In this document: piece by piece, positions 12,480 to 26,151 of the stretch | Layout of the letters: each line of letters opens with the position of its first letter | How positions within the stretch are numbered: the first letter of the stretch is position 1 | Assembly: GCF_037042905.1 (NCBI RefSeq) | Contig: NC_087251.1 | Location: 8,434,001-8,498,000, forward strand | Reading direction: 5' to 3' | Source: Lytechinus pictus | Lineage: Eukaryota | DNA: 64,000 nt | The notes under the pieces: generated by a model | Told to the model about the DNA's origin: nothing | The model's input: only the letters and a program-made list of their open reading frames with translations | Databases searched by the model: none | Position numbers and translations under genes: made by a program

Positions 12480-12810
12480 TATGACCCTTTCTGGCTGAAA
12501 GCTAATGGTAAGAAAAGATTAGATGACCAATTCATTCAAAGTTGGTATTCTTCTATAGAAACATCCAGTGCTTGTGTCAATTTTCGAATCTTCAAAAAAA
12601 AGTTCATTCTCAAAAAATATTTGTTAATCCTGCAAGAAATAATGCCATTAATTTGACCAGATTTACACTAGCTAATACTCATCTTCCAGTAGTAGTAGTA
12701 GGAAGATTTAATAACACATGCTATGATGAAAGATATTGCATAGTGCAATATTTGCACGCTGTGGAGTGACAGTATTTGTGATGAATTCCATGCTGTCTTT
12801 GAATGCAGCT
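12480..12810 (+). pseudogene. Frameshifted C-terminal (zinc-knuckle region) fragment of a non-LTR retrotransposon ORF2
   Basis: Pieces in different frames: DQFIQSWYSSIETSSACVNFRIFKKKF, then LTRFTLANTHLPV..GRFNNTCYDERYC, then DEFHAVFEC. This resembles the post-RT CCHC region of LINEs. Confidence 0.55.
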
Positions 12811-12857
12811 TCTTTAAGACCACTACATGTACATGTAGGTCCAACTTATTGCCAATA

Positions 12858-13669
12858 CAGTGCGTCCCACAAAAAACGAAACCGAGATTTATCGATGATT
12901 TATCATGACTTAATCACAAAAACAATAGACAAATTACCTACCATTGTAAAGCTTAGAATCTCCTCTTTCATCTGAAATTACTTAGATTATTTCTCATTCA
13001 CGCATGAGTGAGCAAAAACAATTTGAAGAGGGGATACCGAAAATTCATTTGGCGGGCTGTATCTGTGTTTCAAAAAGAAAACCACATTTTTTTAAAGTTC
13101 AATATCTGCTCTTTAATTTGATACCTCAATTACAGAAAATGGTCAAGAAATAAAAAAGTTCTGGTTATTTGAAATAAGGCTTGAATTTCAATAATTTCAT
13201 AAAATGAAGAGGTTTTACAGGCTAGCGTTCAAACTCACTCGACACTCCGTTTTGTTGACGATCAGCCATGCATTTGTTAACCATGCGATAGCTTCTGTGG
13301 GAAACCGGTGAAAACACGTTTATTTAATGAAATTATGGAAATACAAGCATTGTTTCGAGTGAACATAACTTTTTTACTTCTTGACCATTTTTTGTGATTA
13401 AGGTGTCAAATAAAAGAGCAGATATTGAACTTTTTAGGCATGCGATTTTCTTTTTGAAATTCAGATACCCCCCGCCAAATGAGTTTTTGGTATCCTTTCT
13501 TCAAATTGTTTTTGCTCACTCATGCGTGAATGAGGAATAATCTAAGTAATATCAGATGAAAGAGGAGATTCTAAGCTTTACATTGGTAGGTCATTTGTCT
13601 ATTTTATTTGTGATTAAGTTATGATAAATCGTCGCTTAATCTCGGTTTCGTTTTTTCTGGGACGCACTG
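12858..13669. mobile_element. Tc1/mariner-type palindromic MITE
   Basis: TA|cagtgcgtcccacaaaaaacgaaaccgagatt ... aatctcggtttcgttttttctgggacgcactg|TA; arms are inverted over ~350 bp. Confidence 0.92.
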
Positions 13670-14159
13670 TATATTATTGTAACAAACCAAATACTTTTAA
13701 AATGGAAAAGGTGTTTACTGTAACTAATAGCAAACTCTTAATCAGGCTCGCTAAGTTTGCTTATGGTGGAATTTAAGTCCTCTAAGCCACCATTCTAACT
13801 TTCAAAATGACATGTACAGTTCAATAGGGGAGAGTGGGGTAATTAAGGCCACCTTTTTAATAATTCCAATCATATCAAATTCTTTTTAATGCATTGCAGT
13901 AGAAGTATGATTTGGATGTCTAATACTAGGTCTCCAGCAGACCTACATGTACATTTCCCAATAGAAATATGAGAACTAATCAATCTCATTTGCATTTTAA
14001 ATTTTAATGAGTATTTAACATTGTTGTCAGGGGGCCTTATTTGCCCCATCGATGTGGGGCAAATGAGGCCCCTTGATTAAAAACTATTTTTTGCTGCTCT
14101 ATTAGAAGTAAAACTAGTTCAGTTGATTTGGTACAACCACTGAACATTTACTACATGGA

Positions 14160-14560
14160 GTAAATTGGGAAACCTGCTTAAAAATGGCTGATTTTGTGGA
14201 CAACTCTCCATTTGTTTTGTACACAAATTTTCAGATTTCCCCTTATATTTTACATTACCACCTCCTGACCTTGACATTTATGTATTTGATGTGAATTATA
14301 TTTTCCATGCCATATGTTGTGCTCAGAAGGAGGCAAGAGGTAATTTGAAAGATAATATTAAGAAAGGAAAATATGAAAATTTGTGTACAAAACAAATGGA
14401 GAGTTGTCCACAAAATCAGTCGTTTTGAAGCACGTTTGCCAATTTGAGGATCCCCATAGAAAGTACAACAAGAGTTTTCAAACTCCCATAACTTGCTTAT
14501 TTCATAACCGATTTTGATGAAACTTTTTTTAATTGTTCCTCTAATTTTACTCTTTCCAAT
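14160..14560. mobile_element. Partial palindromic MITE remnant
   Basis: ctgattttgtggacaactctccatttgttttgtacacaaatttt (~14188) is inverted at ~14377-14420. It carries the ataacttNcttatt...ccgattttgatgaaa motif shared with the TTAA MITEs in this window. Confidence 0.6.
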
Positions 14561-14959
14561 AAGATTGCTTCTCTTTTGGGGTTTTGGTTTTGGTTGCACA
14601 AGATAGTAGCGCATGTGCACAATGTATTTTAGAATGCAAGATGGCAGCCCCCATAGGGTTCTTCGAACGAGTTACCTGGCGATGAATTATCGGTAAATTG
14701 GTGCTGATTTTACATGTTTCCACTGTTTTTAAATGGTGGGACATTGTATGAGAAATAACTGGTCGATAATTGTGATTTCTCCAAAAGTTGTTGAAATTTA
14801 CTTTCATTTTATTTTTATTTTTTCAAAACAACCACTTGCTATGCTTGCCTGATCAGGCAATTGCCTTTCAAAAATGCTTGCCTGCACATCATTTCACTTG
14901 CCCCAGGCAAGCGGGTTTGTCGCGCCCTGGTTCATTGTCTTCCATTCAGAAAAAAAAGG

Positions 14960-15123
14960 GAAAGTGGAAAAATCCTACCGGCTACCCATTCACCTCACCT
15001 GGGTCAAGTGCAGCACAATGTTGATAAATTTCTTGCCGAAGGAAATTACGCCATGGCTGGGATTCGAACCCACGACCCTCTGTTTCAAAGTCCGGAGACT
15101 AATCCACTGGGCCACAACGCTCC
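14960..15123 (-). mobile_element. tRNA-derived SINE (Gln-like head; central domain resembling Deu/Nin-type SINEs)
   Basis: Minus strand: ggagcgttgtggcccagtggattag (A box) ... ggttcgaatccc (B box), then tccttcggcaagaaatt...tgtgctgcacttgacccaggtgaggtgaatgggta. Domain assignment is from memory. Confidence 0.8.
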
Positions 15124-18118
15124 ACATGTTATACTTCTTTGATGTTTTTTTTCTTTATTCAAATCAACTTTCCTTGGGGTACACTAGCCCTTCAAGTCTC
15201 TTTTGGGGCATACTTTTACGTGTATCTTATTGGCATTTTACTTTTAGTTTTTATCTTGATGCTATACAAATTCTGTCATTCCTTGAAAAAAGACTATGTC
15301 TGAAATATCAGATAAATTAATCCAATTTTTATCTATTATTTTTTTGCAATTGTCTTTCATATATCATAAGTTAATTTTTGATGTTTTGATTTCTAATGTA
15401 ATATTTTGGAGGCCATCATAAATCAAATAATACGGTTTTGGTGGCCAGAACTGGCCAGTAATGGCCCAGTATGTTCATGTATTACCAAAGTATGGAGCTT
15501 TGTGTATGGAGCTCTGTGTTGTGTACATTACATGTACCTATAATTACTCCAAAAGCTACAAATCTTGAACATTTAAAGCTTGTGGTCAAATATTTCTGTG
15601 TCTCAGCAACTGTCTTGTCTCTTGATGATTCAGTCTTGCAAATTAAACATGCTGATAGTAAAGCAAGCTTTGTGAACAAGAACAATGTAATACAGATTGT
15701 GCTTGTTTATTTAGAGCATGTACATGTACATGTACCTGGTTCACTTGCCCACTCAAAAATTATTGACATTTCATTGGATGTACTATACACACTACAGTAC
15801 ACTGCATTGTGCAAGCAATGTAAATATTCTCGACATCAATGAACATATTTCATTTGCACCATAAGATGATGCTAGGCACTTGCAATGTCTGTAACTGAAT
15901 AATTGTGTGACTGCACGACTATACTGTGTGAATACCCATTCATGTAGGCCTACATGTGTCTAAAACTGTCTATCCACAAAGTTGGGAGAGAAATTGTGAC
16001 AACACAACTCAATACTAATTACATACACTGTAGTATAAACAGTAATCTATATGCTCACCACACATTTTACTGGAAATTTTGTGCCATTTAAGACTAATTT
16101 CTATATGAGGTTGTTATTAAGAATAAGTTATAACAGTCGTTGATTTTTTTTAAATGGACATATATATACACTGTACATGTAATGTCCAAGTACATGTACA
16201 TGTAGCATTGGTATGAAATATGTGTAATTACATCCTAAAAGTCAATTAATTATGGCAATTGAGTTGACAAAGATTCAATATAATATGCACACTTACTTGT
16301 GAAGTCCTACAGCTAAATAAGCATAGTTTTTATTATTTAAAATAAAATACAAAATTGTATGATACTGGTATCTACTAAATGTGATGGTTGGTGGACACCA
16401 GAAACAAAGGTACAATTTGGTCAACCTAAATTGCCATAATTAAGCTTTACGGACCAAAGGTACATATGTACCAGTGCTACTTGGACACTGTGTCCATGTA
16501 ACAGCACTACACATGTATGTTATTTGGTCAGCACGATGCTGTCACAAGCGTACATGTATGGTTACAATGGTTAATTAGAGGGTATAGTGACCCAAAGGGA
16601 CAGTCACATACATGTACATTGCCAGTTCAGATTGTCATAATACACTGATACAATTTTTCAGGCATGTTTGAAAATCATGATCATGGATGCTAAGGAAAAC
16701 ATACAAGAATGCACATGTAGCTGACCATGCCCACAGCCAGTCAGAAAAATGTGGTCAAACATTGGACTCTAACCCCCCCCCCCCCCCCATTCCATTACCT
16801 GCATCCACAGACATCCTCAATTCTTTACCTTGCCCAATATGCCCACTATTGAATATGCTGGTGGGGGGGGGGGTCTATATAGCATTGTACTTTGTTTTAT
16901 AACACTATGACAGTTTGAATATTCACTTCCCCTACATCACTTCAGATTGTTTTACTTAATTGTGTAGTGGTAAATATTCTTAAGATCATGAGACCTACCC
17001 AAGAAGAAAATAAACTAAAAAAATCAACAATATCTGAACACCTCTTGATTTCACCACTGGATTTTGAAGGGGTCCTAATGCTATGCAATCAGTTTGTAAT
17101 GCAGGGAAAAGCATGTTTGCTACATATCACAATTTCTCTAATCTATTCAGTTTTCAGATATTGTAGGGGGAAAATACTAGAAAGTAAAAATCTGTAAACA
17201 GTTGTACATGTAGGTAATCTCTTATTTTTTTTGTGTGTTTGTGATTATTACAGCCTACAAATGAATGTACTATACGCCCTAATATGGAAATTTTCAATAG
17301 TGTAGTTATCATTCAAATCACACTGGTCAATTTGTTATCTCCAATAGAGTGCATACTTTGTCATCAATTAATTATAATGCACCATGAGTGTGTGTAGCTT
17401 TAGGACCCGTGTCAAGAAATTATTTTCCTTGTATCACAATTCAATTTGCTCCCCATTTTTTATACTGCCAGAAGCCCAGATGAATACAAAAAGTCTTTTG
17501 TAATAATTATGTACTAAAATCTTACATAGGACTGTATGAAGGGGGCCCCATGTCTATGCATGTATGATTAAATATGAATTTATCTTTATTCCACAAAAAA
17601 TTTCAGTTGATAACCTGAAATTTTATAAAATTTTATAAATAATTTTTATAAATCTGGTGAAAATCTAATAGCAATATACAGTGTAAGAAAAAAAAAAAAA
17701 CAACATTTGGGGGGGGGGGGAAATTCGGGCCAGTCATTTTTAATCTAAATAAAAATTTGGTGCCCCATGTCTGTGCAACCATTCACTTTACACACGATTC
17801 AAGGATTTTGATAAAAAGGGCTGCATTTTGAGGCCGTCACATGAAATGCCTGAAATTCAATATTTTCCCACCATTTTATTTGCAGGTGTAGAGTTTGTGG
17901 TCGTTAGTAACTCGTTACGTCATACGTGTCTTCATTTATTGGAATCGCACAGATATATGTGCGAACAAGGGGCACTGTGCAGACTCAAGGCACCTTACCA
18001 CACTAAATACAAAAATTAATTGAGGGCTTTTCTCTTAACTTAAACTGTGAAGATACTGCCCAGACAAGGGGCACTGCGCAGACTTGGGACACCTTACCAT
18101 ACATTTATTCAATCTCAC

Positions 18119-18263
18119 CTTTCAGCAAACTAAGTTGCTGAATATCTGTGTTGTTACTCAGCCGATATTGTGAAGAACCTTGTGACTTCTTTTGCTTTCC
18201 CTTGCGTAAAGATTTCTTGGCAAAGGGATCTATCTTGTCCACTGCTGTTGACCCAGATGACAT
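18119..18263 (-). CDS. PPP2R5: PP2A 56-kDa regulatory subunit B' (B56 alpha/epsilon class, widerborst-like), first coding exon
   Basis: MSSGSTAVDKIDPFAKKSLRKGKQKKSQGSSQYRLSNNTDIQQLSLLK closely matches the recalled B56epsilon/widerborst N-terminus (D.IDPFAK.SL....KSQGSS.YR...QQL..LK). Acceptor ..tctacag precedes 18303 and a phase-1 donor G|gtgag follows 18119. No further exon was found in 1-18118. Confidence 0.9.
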
Positions 18264-18799
18264 TGTGGCCCAACAAGATGATAAAATTGCACAATGTTCA
18301 CAGCTGTAGATCAGGGACAAAAGTGATGCATTGATGATTTAAAAATCCTTTTCTGAAATGTTATCAGTTCTATCCTTAAAGTTGAATTGAATTTTCGGCA
18401 AACGAGCATCAGAACTACGGAGGCTAAACCCTGCCCAGACCATTGAAAGTCCAAGCATCAATTTAATAATTCTTCAAATTATGTACTTCTATCAAGTCAA
18501 GTCAAGTGTCAATGACAATCATTCTCTCTTTCTCTTTCTCCACAGGCAGTCTAACTGAGGGTTAGCAGGTTAGGCCTATTTTACAAATGAATAATCCTGT
18601 ACTGTAGTTACCAAACTTCTATCCACTATGACATATTCATCAAGCTGTTTTTATGAATTATTATACTTATAAAATGTCCAAAAACTCCAGATCCCCTAAC
18701 GTTACAAGTTCTGAGTCTGAATGACTTCACTTCAGTCTAATTAAATCTTGTCTTGACTTCAAGTTCAGCTCAGCTGCATGAAATTGCGGAAGATCTCAC

Positions 18800-19100
18800 C
18801 AATCTCGACTTCTGTCCTCTGATTTTCGCGGAAATTCGCCAATAAAGAGCTCAAAGGGATGTATAATCGTTCCTTATTACCATCATTGCTCTCCCTCGAA
18901 AATATTTCTTTCAAAATGGGCTGAAGTGATGGTAGATAGTCCTAAAAAAACATCCTCTGTCGCAAAACTCAGACTCAATCGGCGTTCGTTCATACAGCTC
19001 CGATCCGCAGAGCGCAGTATACACAGTGCATGCATGCAGCTAGCTAGCTAGCGTAGATCCGGGGTCGTTCGCATAATCAGCATAGGCTTTGCATGTGTTA
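18800..19100 (-). other. Probable non-coding first exon (5'UTR) of the PP2A B56 gene; upstream boundary approximate
   Basis: Donor TTG|gtgag at 18800/18799 at the edge of a CpG-rich patch, 0.5 kb upstream of the coding exon's acceptor. Confidence 0.55.
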
Positions 19101-19230
19101 CAGCGCCAGCGCTATCAGTCGAGGGCCATCGCGAGTTTGGGTTGCTAGCCGAGCTCTCTCTGTGACCTACTGATTGATCACGTGACCCTCTGAATAACGT
19201 CTTATTGGCCGACACATCGTCAGCAGAAGC
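19100..19230 (-). promoter_or_regulatory. Putative TATA-less promoter with a GTCACGTGAT E-box and a CCAAT box
   Basis: atcacgtgac at 19177-19186 and attgg at 19204-19208 (CCAAT on the gene strand), in CpG-rich sequence just upstream of the inferred first exon. Confidence 0.5.
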
Positions 19231-19439
19231 AAAAATCCCTCATATCTCGAACCAAAAGAGGACGCAATACCAAAATCTTCAACTTTCAACAAAACAGTGC
19301 GATTGAATTTCTCATTTTCTGACATTTGCCTTTTTAAACAAATTATAAAGTTTTTAGATACAAATGTTTTAATGCGTTTGATTCATCTTTGATATAGTAT
19401 CCACTTCTATGCTTCAAGGCAAAGTCCAGTCAGTGATAA

Positions 19440-19606
19440 CAGGGGCCGCGGAAGCGGGGGGGGGGGGGGGGGCTGGGGGGGCTTCAGCCCCCCCCCCCCA
19501 CTTTTTTCCAAAACCGTGTACAAAAATGTAAAAATTACCATGTGATTGTGATTTTTTGCATGGTCAGCCCCCCCCCCCCACTTTGAAAACCGTTCCGCGG
19601 CCCCTG
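19440..19606. mobile_element. Short hAT-like MITE with a 5-bp TSD
   Basis: 14-bp TIR caggggccgcggaa/ttccgcggcccctg; gataa on both flanks (19435-19439, 19607-19611). Confidence 0.8.
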
Positions 19607-21757
19607 GATAAAAAGGTAAAATAAAAACAAGCATATCACTGAAAATTTCCCCTCTACTATGAAAGAAAGTTATAGCATTCTACAGCTTAGTAAGGCAGTA
19701 TGCAAGTAAATGTGACACTATCTATTTTGTATTTTATTATCTGAAATATTTCGATCCCAAAGAAGAGTAAAACATGACACTAACTGAATATTTGAAGTTA
19801 AAATATTGTAACATATTTTAATAAATTTTGGGGCTTAAAAGCCCAAAATTGAAAAATATTTACTGACAATCTGCAGTTACAATAACAAACAAGTAAATGT
19901 TTCAATATTGCAAACACTAATAAAAAAAAAATGAAAAGTGTATCTGCATATTATGGCACCACTATATGTTGATATGGCGGGGGAGGAAAGACAACTAATG
20001 ATGTCTCATTCATACTTGTTTTCCTTCTAATTCCCTTTCTGTTTACCTTTGTTTTCACTACATGAAAACCTCTCTTGATCCCCCCTCCCCTCCTGTAGCA
20101 CCATCCCTGAGCGTATAAAATGTCAGTATCCATTTAAGGGATCCACTCTTTCATTACATTTCACCATGTGACAACTGCTTTATGAAATTAACAAAACTTT
20201 GCTTATTTTCTATCCCTGATTGATAGTATACTCTTGTTTGTTCGGGAGTAATATTTATCAGCTTACAACTGGGACTTTTAAGCTGCATGGCAATGAGAGC
20301 TTACAAATTTTGTCAAAGATGACATTAGAATATAAAAGCAATTTGAAAACTAAATAACACCCCCTCCCCCAAAAAAGTTAGGCCTAATACCATTCATGAT
20401 TATTTGTTATTGCTAATATCTATGTGTTTTTGCCCCAATTTGTAATTCTAGCATTTATTTTTGTATGTTTCATGCATTATGATTATTGTGATTCATGTGT
20501 TGAATGAATATAGAAACACATGCTAAGAAATATATCCAACAAATTTTTCATAAATTTGGTTCTCCTACATGTAAGAAATTGCAATTTATATTTTGGCATT
20601 AAAGCAACTGTCTTTAAATATATACATCACCATAAATTGCCTACTGACAAAACCCCCCTTTACTTTGTCAAATTTGCATTTTGGGATATAAAACATCCGA
20701 ATTCAGATAATATACTGAAGATCTGTACATGAGTGAAAAATCTTAAATCTGAATTATTTTGCAAGATTTGTAAAAATTACTATGCTTTTCAAATCATGAA
20801 ATTATATGCTACAGATTTTGCAACATCATGTCAAGAATAATTCCAATGGTAAAAAAAATGTTACAAAGCATGTGGCAAATGTGCTCCCATATCCCTCTTT
20901 TTGGGTGTGTTATTACTTCTCATCTTATTCCTCACTTAGTAATTGTCTCAATCTTGATTCATTCATTCTTAACCATTCTGAACAAATAAAAATCAAAGGC
21001 CAACATTCTTGCATCAGTTTAAAGTCACTTGGAAAATATAATTTTATTGAAGAATATTAATACATGACAGTGTAAAATGTCGGCTACAGCTCGATATTCC
21101 ACGTTCGTTATTCTAAAGATTCCAATACTTTGAAGGTTTAATATTCTTAAATTTCTTGTGGTTCAATATTTCAAAGGTTGATTAATCTGAAAAAAAAGCT
21201 TTGTTATTCCACAGGTTCAAAAGTCTGAAAATAAAGTAAGGTTCCTACAGTTTCATTAGATATTTTTGCAATGACAAACTTTATTTCATTTTCTGACCAT
21301 CAAACCTTCAAAATAATGGAATGTATTTCATTTTCAAATAAGGTAACCTCATTCCATTATCAGATTACAAACATCCAGAATACCAACTTAAAAAAAAAAT
21401 TCAGATTACCAATCCCTATTTTTTAGATAAATGATATCTATATGTAACAAACATCCTGGTTTATGCAACTGACATGTTTTGGTGTTTATAACAAACTTAA
21501 GGAGTATTCCAACAAAACAACAAAACATTACCCAACATGACATAACTATCAACAGTTGCAATGATAATAATACAAGAAATATTGATGAACCAGAATTACC
21601 CAATGTGAAAAGGTTATAAACTGAATCTTTTATGAATTTGAATACATGTACACACCAGGAGGGAGGGGGAGGGTTACTGCCATTAAAGAGACATCATCCG
21701 CGAGTATCGACCTGAAAAAAGCACCCTAAACGAGGATTCAAGGGCAGGCTGCTAGGG

Positions 21758-21882
21758 CACTCTAAACACAGATCTTGTGCAGATGTCCCAAATTTGCACA
21801 CTCTAAACAAGGATTTTTGTGCAGATGTCCCAAATTTGCACACTCTAAACAAGGATTTTTGTGCAGATGTCCCATATTTGCA
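21758..21882 (+). repeat. ~42-bp tandem repeat (three copies) inside a degraded MITE
   Basis: cactctaaacaaggatttttgtgcagatgtcccaaatttgca repeated. Confidence 0.85.
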
Positions 21883-22115
21883 AATTACATACTCTATTCG
21901 AGTTAAACCATCATAATTTAGGGTGCTTTTTTTGCATGAATTATGCACTGAGTTACTTGTGCTAAACATTTTATCAAGACTATCTTTTTGAAAGTGTCAA
22001 TCAAAACTACATTCTGAAGATGCTACAAAAGCAACACTTTGGGTGGATCATGTATGGATAAATGCATGTGTCCTTTTTTTTTTGGGGGGGGGGGGTTTTC
22101 ATACATGTAAGTTAA

Positions 22116-22713
22116 AGGAGAATGAAACTCTTGGAGCAAGTTAGCTTTTGTGAAAGCAGAAAAATCAAAGAATAAGATCAACAAAAGTTTGAGTAAAATA
22201 GGACTAGCAATAGAAGAATTATGAGCATTTGAATGTCGAGATCACTAATGCTATGGAGATCCTCCCATTGGCAATGCGACCAAGATCTATGATGTCACAG
22301 ATGAACAACTCTCCCCTTTTGGACACTGAAAATATACCCCAAAACATCTCTTTTTGCTCATTCTAATCATATATGACAAACGATTCATCAATGATATATT
22401 GTTGTGAAACCTCTGTACTTGTCCTCTCATAACATGCATAAAGAGAACACCTCACCTTGTGATAGACTCTATAAAAGTGAGAATATAAGTGAAATAAGTA
22501 CTAAAGTAATCATGAGGGAGTTGTACGTGTGTGACATCACAGATCTTGGCCGCATTGCCAATGGGAGGATCTACATGGCATTAGTGATCTCAATATTCAA
22601 ATGCTCATAACTTTCTTATTATTTATTCAATCTTTCTCAAACTTTTAACAATATGTTTCTTTGATTTTTCTCTTTGATATGGATTCAGCTGGTTTCAAGG
22701 GTTTCATTCTCCT
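22116..22713. mobile_element. TTAA-flanked MITE with AGG..CCT ends (Kolobok-type)
   Basis: TTAA|aggagaatgaaac ... gtttcattctcct|TTAA, with long imperfect internal inverted arms. Confidence 0.9.
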
Positions 22714-24183
22714 TTAAGATCCTGAAAACATTACACGTTCGAAGAGATGACAGACCCACACCACTAAATAAATCGGTCTCAATATTGGTCGATAGAATTC
22801 GCTATTTATACGTATTTCAACATATTTTGAGTGTAAAATAATCCCCAAAATATGTTAAGAGTAAACCCTTTGCAAAATGACATCATAAATTGTTTGATCA
22901 CACGAATGTCCACACAAATATGAGGAAAAAACACCCTATCAAGTGAATAAGTTCACTCTGCAAACATAATGTACATGTACCATTCTATCCTGAAACATAC
23001 ACTTTTTCTTAACAAAAGGTATGTTATTTTATTTGTATTCTAGTGTTCCCTAATATGACATACCTTATTGTGCCATATGTATTTATATTGTCTATTTACA
23101 TAATTGATGACATGTAGAGAAGTTTTTACTGCCTTTATGGTACATGATTGAGATGGGTAATATCATCCTCCCTTCTATACCAAGATTACCCCCACATTTG
23201 TATGATTCAGAACAAAACGCAACTACAACAACAAGTTCCTTTACCTAAAAAAAAATAACAACAATAATTTGTGTAAATAGGATGAAAAATATGTATATGG
23301 CAAGCGGGGGTAGTCATGCAAAATGGAAATGAAAGTATGAAACTAATCAAATTGATATTTATAAGTCTAATAAGAAATGTGTAAATTTGACTTTAAAATG
23401 GTGACTACAAAATTCTCCTAACATGCTAAAATCACAGGGCAACAATTTCTCTGCCATTTTACTAAATGATTTTGCACCACCATGTAAGTGAAATATCTTA
23501 AAGAAGTTGCTATTATATCATCTCAATTAAAGTTGTCAATTGTCATGAATTTATAATAATTAATATTTAAAAGAAAACAACATAGTAAAATCTGAGTTTT
23601 TAATTCAGAAAAAAATATCAAATTGCCAACAGCACTGGCAAAAAAAGAGACATATATATCAGCTAGCATTAATGATATATCTTTGTTCAAAATAATTTTA
23701 ATAATTGCACATTGTTAAATATATATAATTTATATTATATTGTAAATATATCAAGTGGCTTTATATCTATCAAACAAGTTAAACATGCTTTGTTAAAATA
23801 GTTTTTAAAAAATATATGAATATACACTGTAATTAAAAACAAGACATTAAAAAATATGAGACATGAATAACTCAAATAAAATTGAGAGTAGGAAGTACAT
23901 ACATGTAGATAAAATATCTACAGGATAAAATATTGTGTCACTGACAATCTTCATAAAACCTAAGCATTCGATGCCTGGAAAATCTGCAATCCATAAAACA
24001 CATACATTTAGTGGCATGAGGGGGGGGGGGCATGAACAAAAGCATAAGACCAGAAGATGCATCTTTTACAGTGGGAACAAAAAATACATATATCAAGAAG
24101 TATGTCCAAAATGTAGGTGGATCTGCATGACAAATCTCTTAAGACCACAGAAATTATGTTTTACTAGGTTGACATATTGTTGG

Positions 24184-24481
24184 TGGGCTATTAAAACCCT
24201 GTATCTCAAAATTAAAAATTTTGAGGCCATTTCAGAAAAAACTTTTTATTAGAATTTATTATGACATAAAATTAAAAATTTTGAGGCCATTTCAGAAAAA
24301 AAAACTGTTTCTTAGAATTTATTATGACATAAGTGGGAACCTTCTTTTACTTAGAGGGTTCTTTATATGAATTAGGAGACTGCTTTCAGTCAATACAGTG
24401 TATGATACTGCCATCATTACATAATATCTGACCTGTCCTTGAAATATCTAAGTTTTGAGATGTAAGGTTTTAACAGCCCAC
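24184..24481. mobile_element. Small TIR element containing a ~60-bp internal tandem duplication
   Basis: tgggctattaaaaccctgtatctcaaaatt versus aagttttgagatgtaaggttttaacagccca; aaaattaaaaattttgaggccatttcagaaaaa occurs twice. Confidence 0.65.
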
Positions 24482-24911
24482 AATCAGACATTTACGGCTC
24501 CCGGGTCCCCCCCCCTCCCCCTCCCCCCGACTCACCTGTGATTTCTTAAATCTTTATTTTGAGGGGATCAGGAGTAGGGGAAATCCAGTGCTTGCTCAAG
24601 GCATAACTACAGATAGGCTACTAAATACAATTCTAATTTGCATGTTTTATTTAAAGTTTCCACACATCATAAAGCAATGAAAATACACTCATGTATCATA
24701 ACAGCAGTGATACACTACAATCTTTCCATGTATGAGTATCAATGAGAGCTTCTGTCAAGATTGTTTGTTTGAGAGCTTCTGTCAAGATTGTTTGTTATGG
24801 CATAGATAACTCATCCATATAAAAAAAATAAGACATCACAATGAACACTGAACATGATATTGATGCAGCAATTGACTACAGGTTTCTACAATGTCCAGAT
24901 TATCTAGATGA

Positions 24912-25073
24912 TTATCTTTTTAGCTCAAGTTCGAATATCTCTCCCCATTGGTGTTTATCCATGATGCACATAATTCGTGGAGGCAAGTCTCCGTAGGATT
25001 TGAAGTTACTGAAATCCCCTCTCAACCATTTCCTCCTAATAGCATGATGCTTAAAATTTCGCTGCAAAGTTTC
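24912..25073 (-). CDS. FBXO48: F-box only protein 48, last coding exon
   Basis: Acceptor tgtgcag| then ETLQRNFKHHAIRRKWLRGDFSNFKSYGDLPPRIMCIMDKHQWGEIFELELKR*, matching the recalled FBXO48 C-terminus (WL.G..SN.....LP..IM..MD...WGEI.E.EL.R). Phase 0 is compatible with the upstream exon. Confidence 0.9.
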   Translation of the reverse strand, partial: ETLQRNFKHHAIRRKWLRGDFSNFKSYGDLPPRIMCIMDKHQWGEIFELELKR

Positions 25074-25349
25074 CTGCACATAACAAAAACATTGAAATAA
25101 ATTAATTATTAGGTCAGTACAAGTTTTAAGTTCATTTTCTTGAGTGTTGAGAAATAAGAATATGACAATAGAAAAATCACAAATGCAACATGTATCTTGA
25201 TGACAAGAAGTCGTGCATCCTGGAACACTGTGCAAAATACTTTTTTTCTGTTTTGATTTTTCCTTCTGTGCATCTCATCTACATCAGAATCCTATTTGGG
25301 ACTTCATCAAATTCCAAATACTTGTATTTTATAGCTTGTAGCAACTTAA

Positions 25350-26024
25350 AGGAGAATGAAACCCTTAATGTGAGGAAGTTAGGTTACATTTAGATTGTGA
25401 AAAGTATGAGTATAATTGGACAAGAAATAAGAGTGTTATCAGCATTTGAATGTCGTAATCACTAATGCTATGGAAATCCTCCCTTTGGAAATGCAAATAA
25501 GAACTGTGATGTTGCAAATGTACAACTCTCCCACTTGGACACTGGAAATATACCCCCAAACCAGGGGCAGATCCAGAATTTTCCAAAGGGGGGGGGGGGC
25601 TGGTATTTTTCCAAGAAAAATTTGAGAAGCAAAAAAAAAGGGGGTTTCACCTAAAATTGAAGGATACATGTATTTCACTCACATAAACTTTTTTAATAGA
25701 AAAAAAAGTCCTCACTTGTACATTATGTATGTTGTGACTTTCGAAGGGGGGGGGGGCACACTTATTTAAAAACAGCATATTACATTTAAAAAATTTCTCT
25801 TCTTACTGATTCTAATATGACAAACAATAATCCATGATATAATACTGTCGAAAGTAATGGGTGTGACATCACAGATCTTGGTCACATTGCAGTGGGAGGA
25901 CCTACATGGCATTAGTGATCTCAATACTCAAAAGCTCATAAATTTCTAATTATTCATACTGTAATCTTTCTCAAACTTTCATTGATCTGTTTCTGTGATT
26001 TGTCTCTTTTATATGATTTCTCCT
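25350..26024. mobile_element. Degraded TTAA/Kolobok-type MITE (same family as 22116) with a nested insert, in the FBXO48 intron
   Basis: TTAA|aggagaatgaaac start; shares atcactaatgctatgga and gtgtgacatcacagatcttgg; interrupted at ~25562 by caggggcagatccag plus poly-G sequence. Confidence 0.75.
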
Positions 26025-26151
26025 TTACATATGTAAGTGACAGAAATCTATAAAGAATATGTCCCCAAAAAAAACAGACAAATCTGTAAATTGACTATGT
26101 ATAACTCATGAATGCACATGTATAGACTTTGATTTAATTTCAACTATTTAA

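Noticed and set aside
17965..18100. ~36-bp direct repeat near the PP2A donor, and the 27-bp duplication at 24745-24796
   Set aside because: Simple local duplications with no supporting structure.
1..18118. Further PP2A B56 exons
   Set aside because: No minus-strand match to the expected next segment (LF..KL.QC...FDF) was found by eye; they are presumed to lie beyond the window's left edge.
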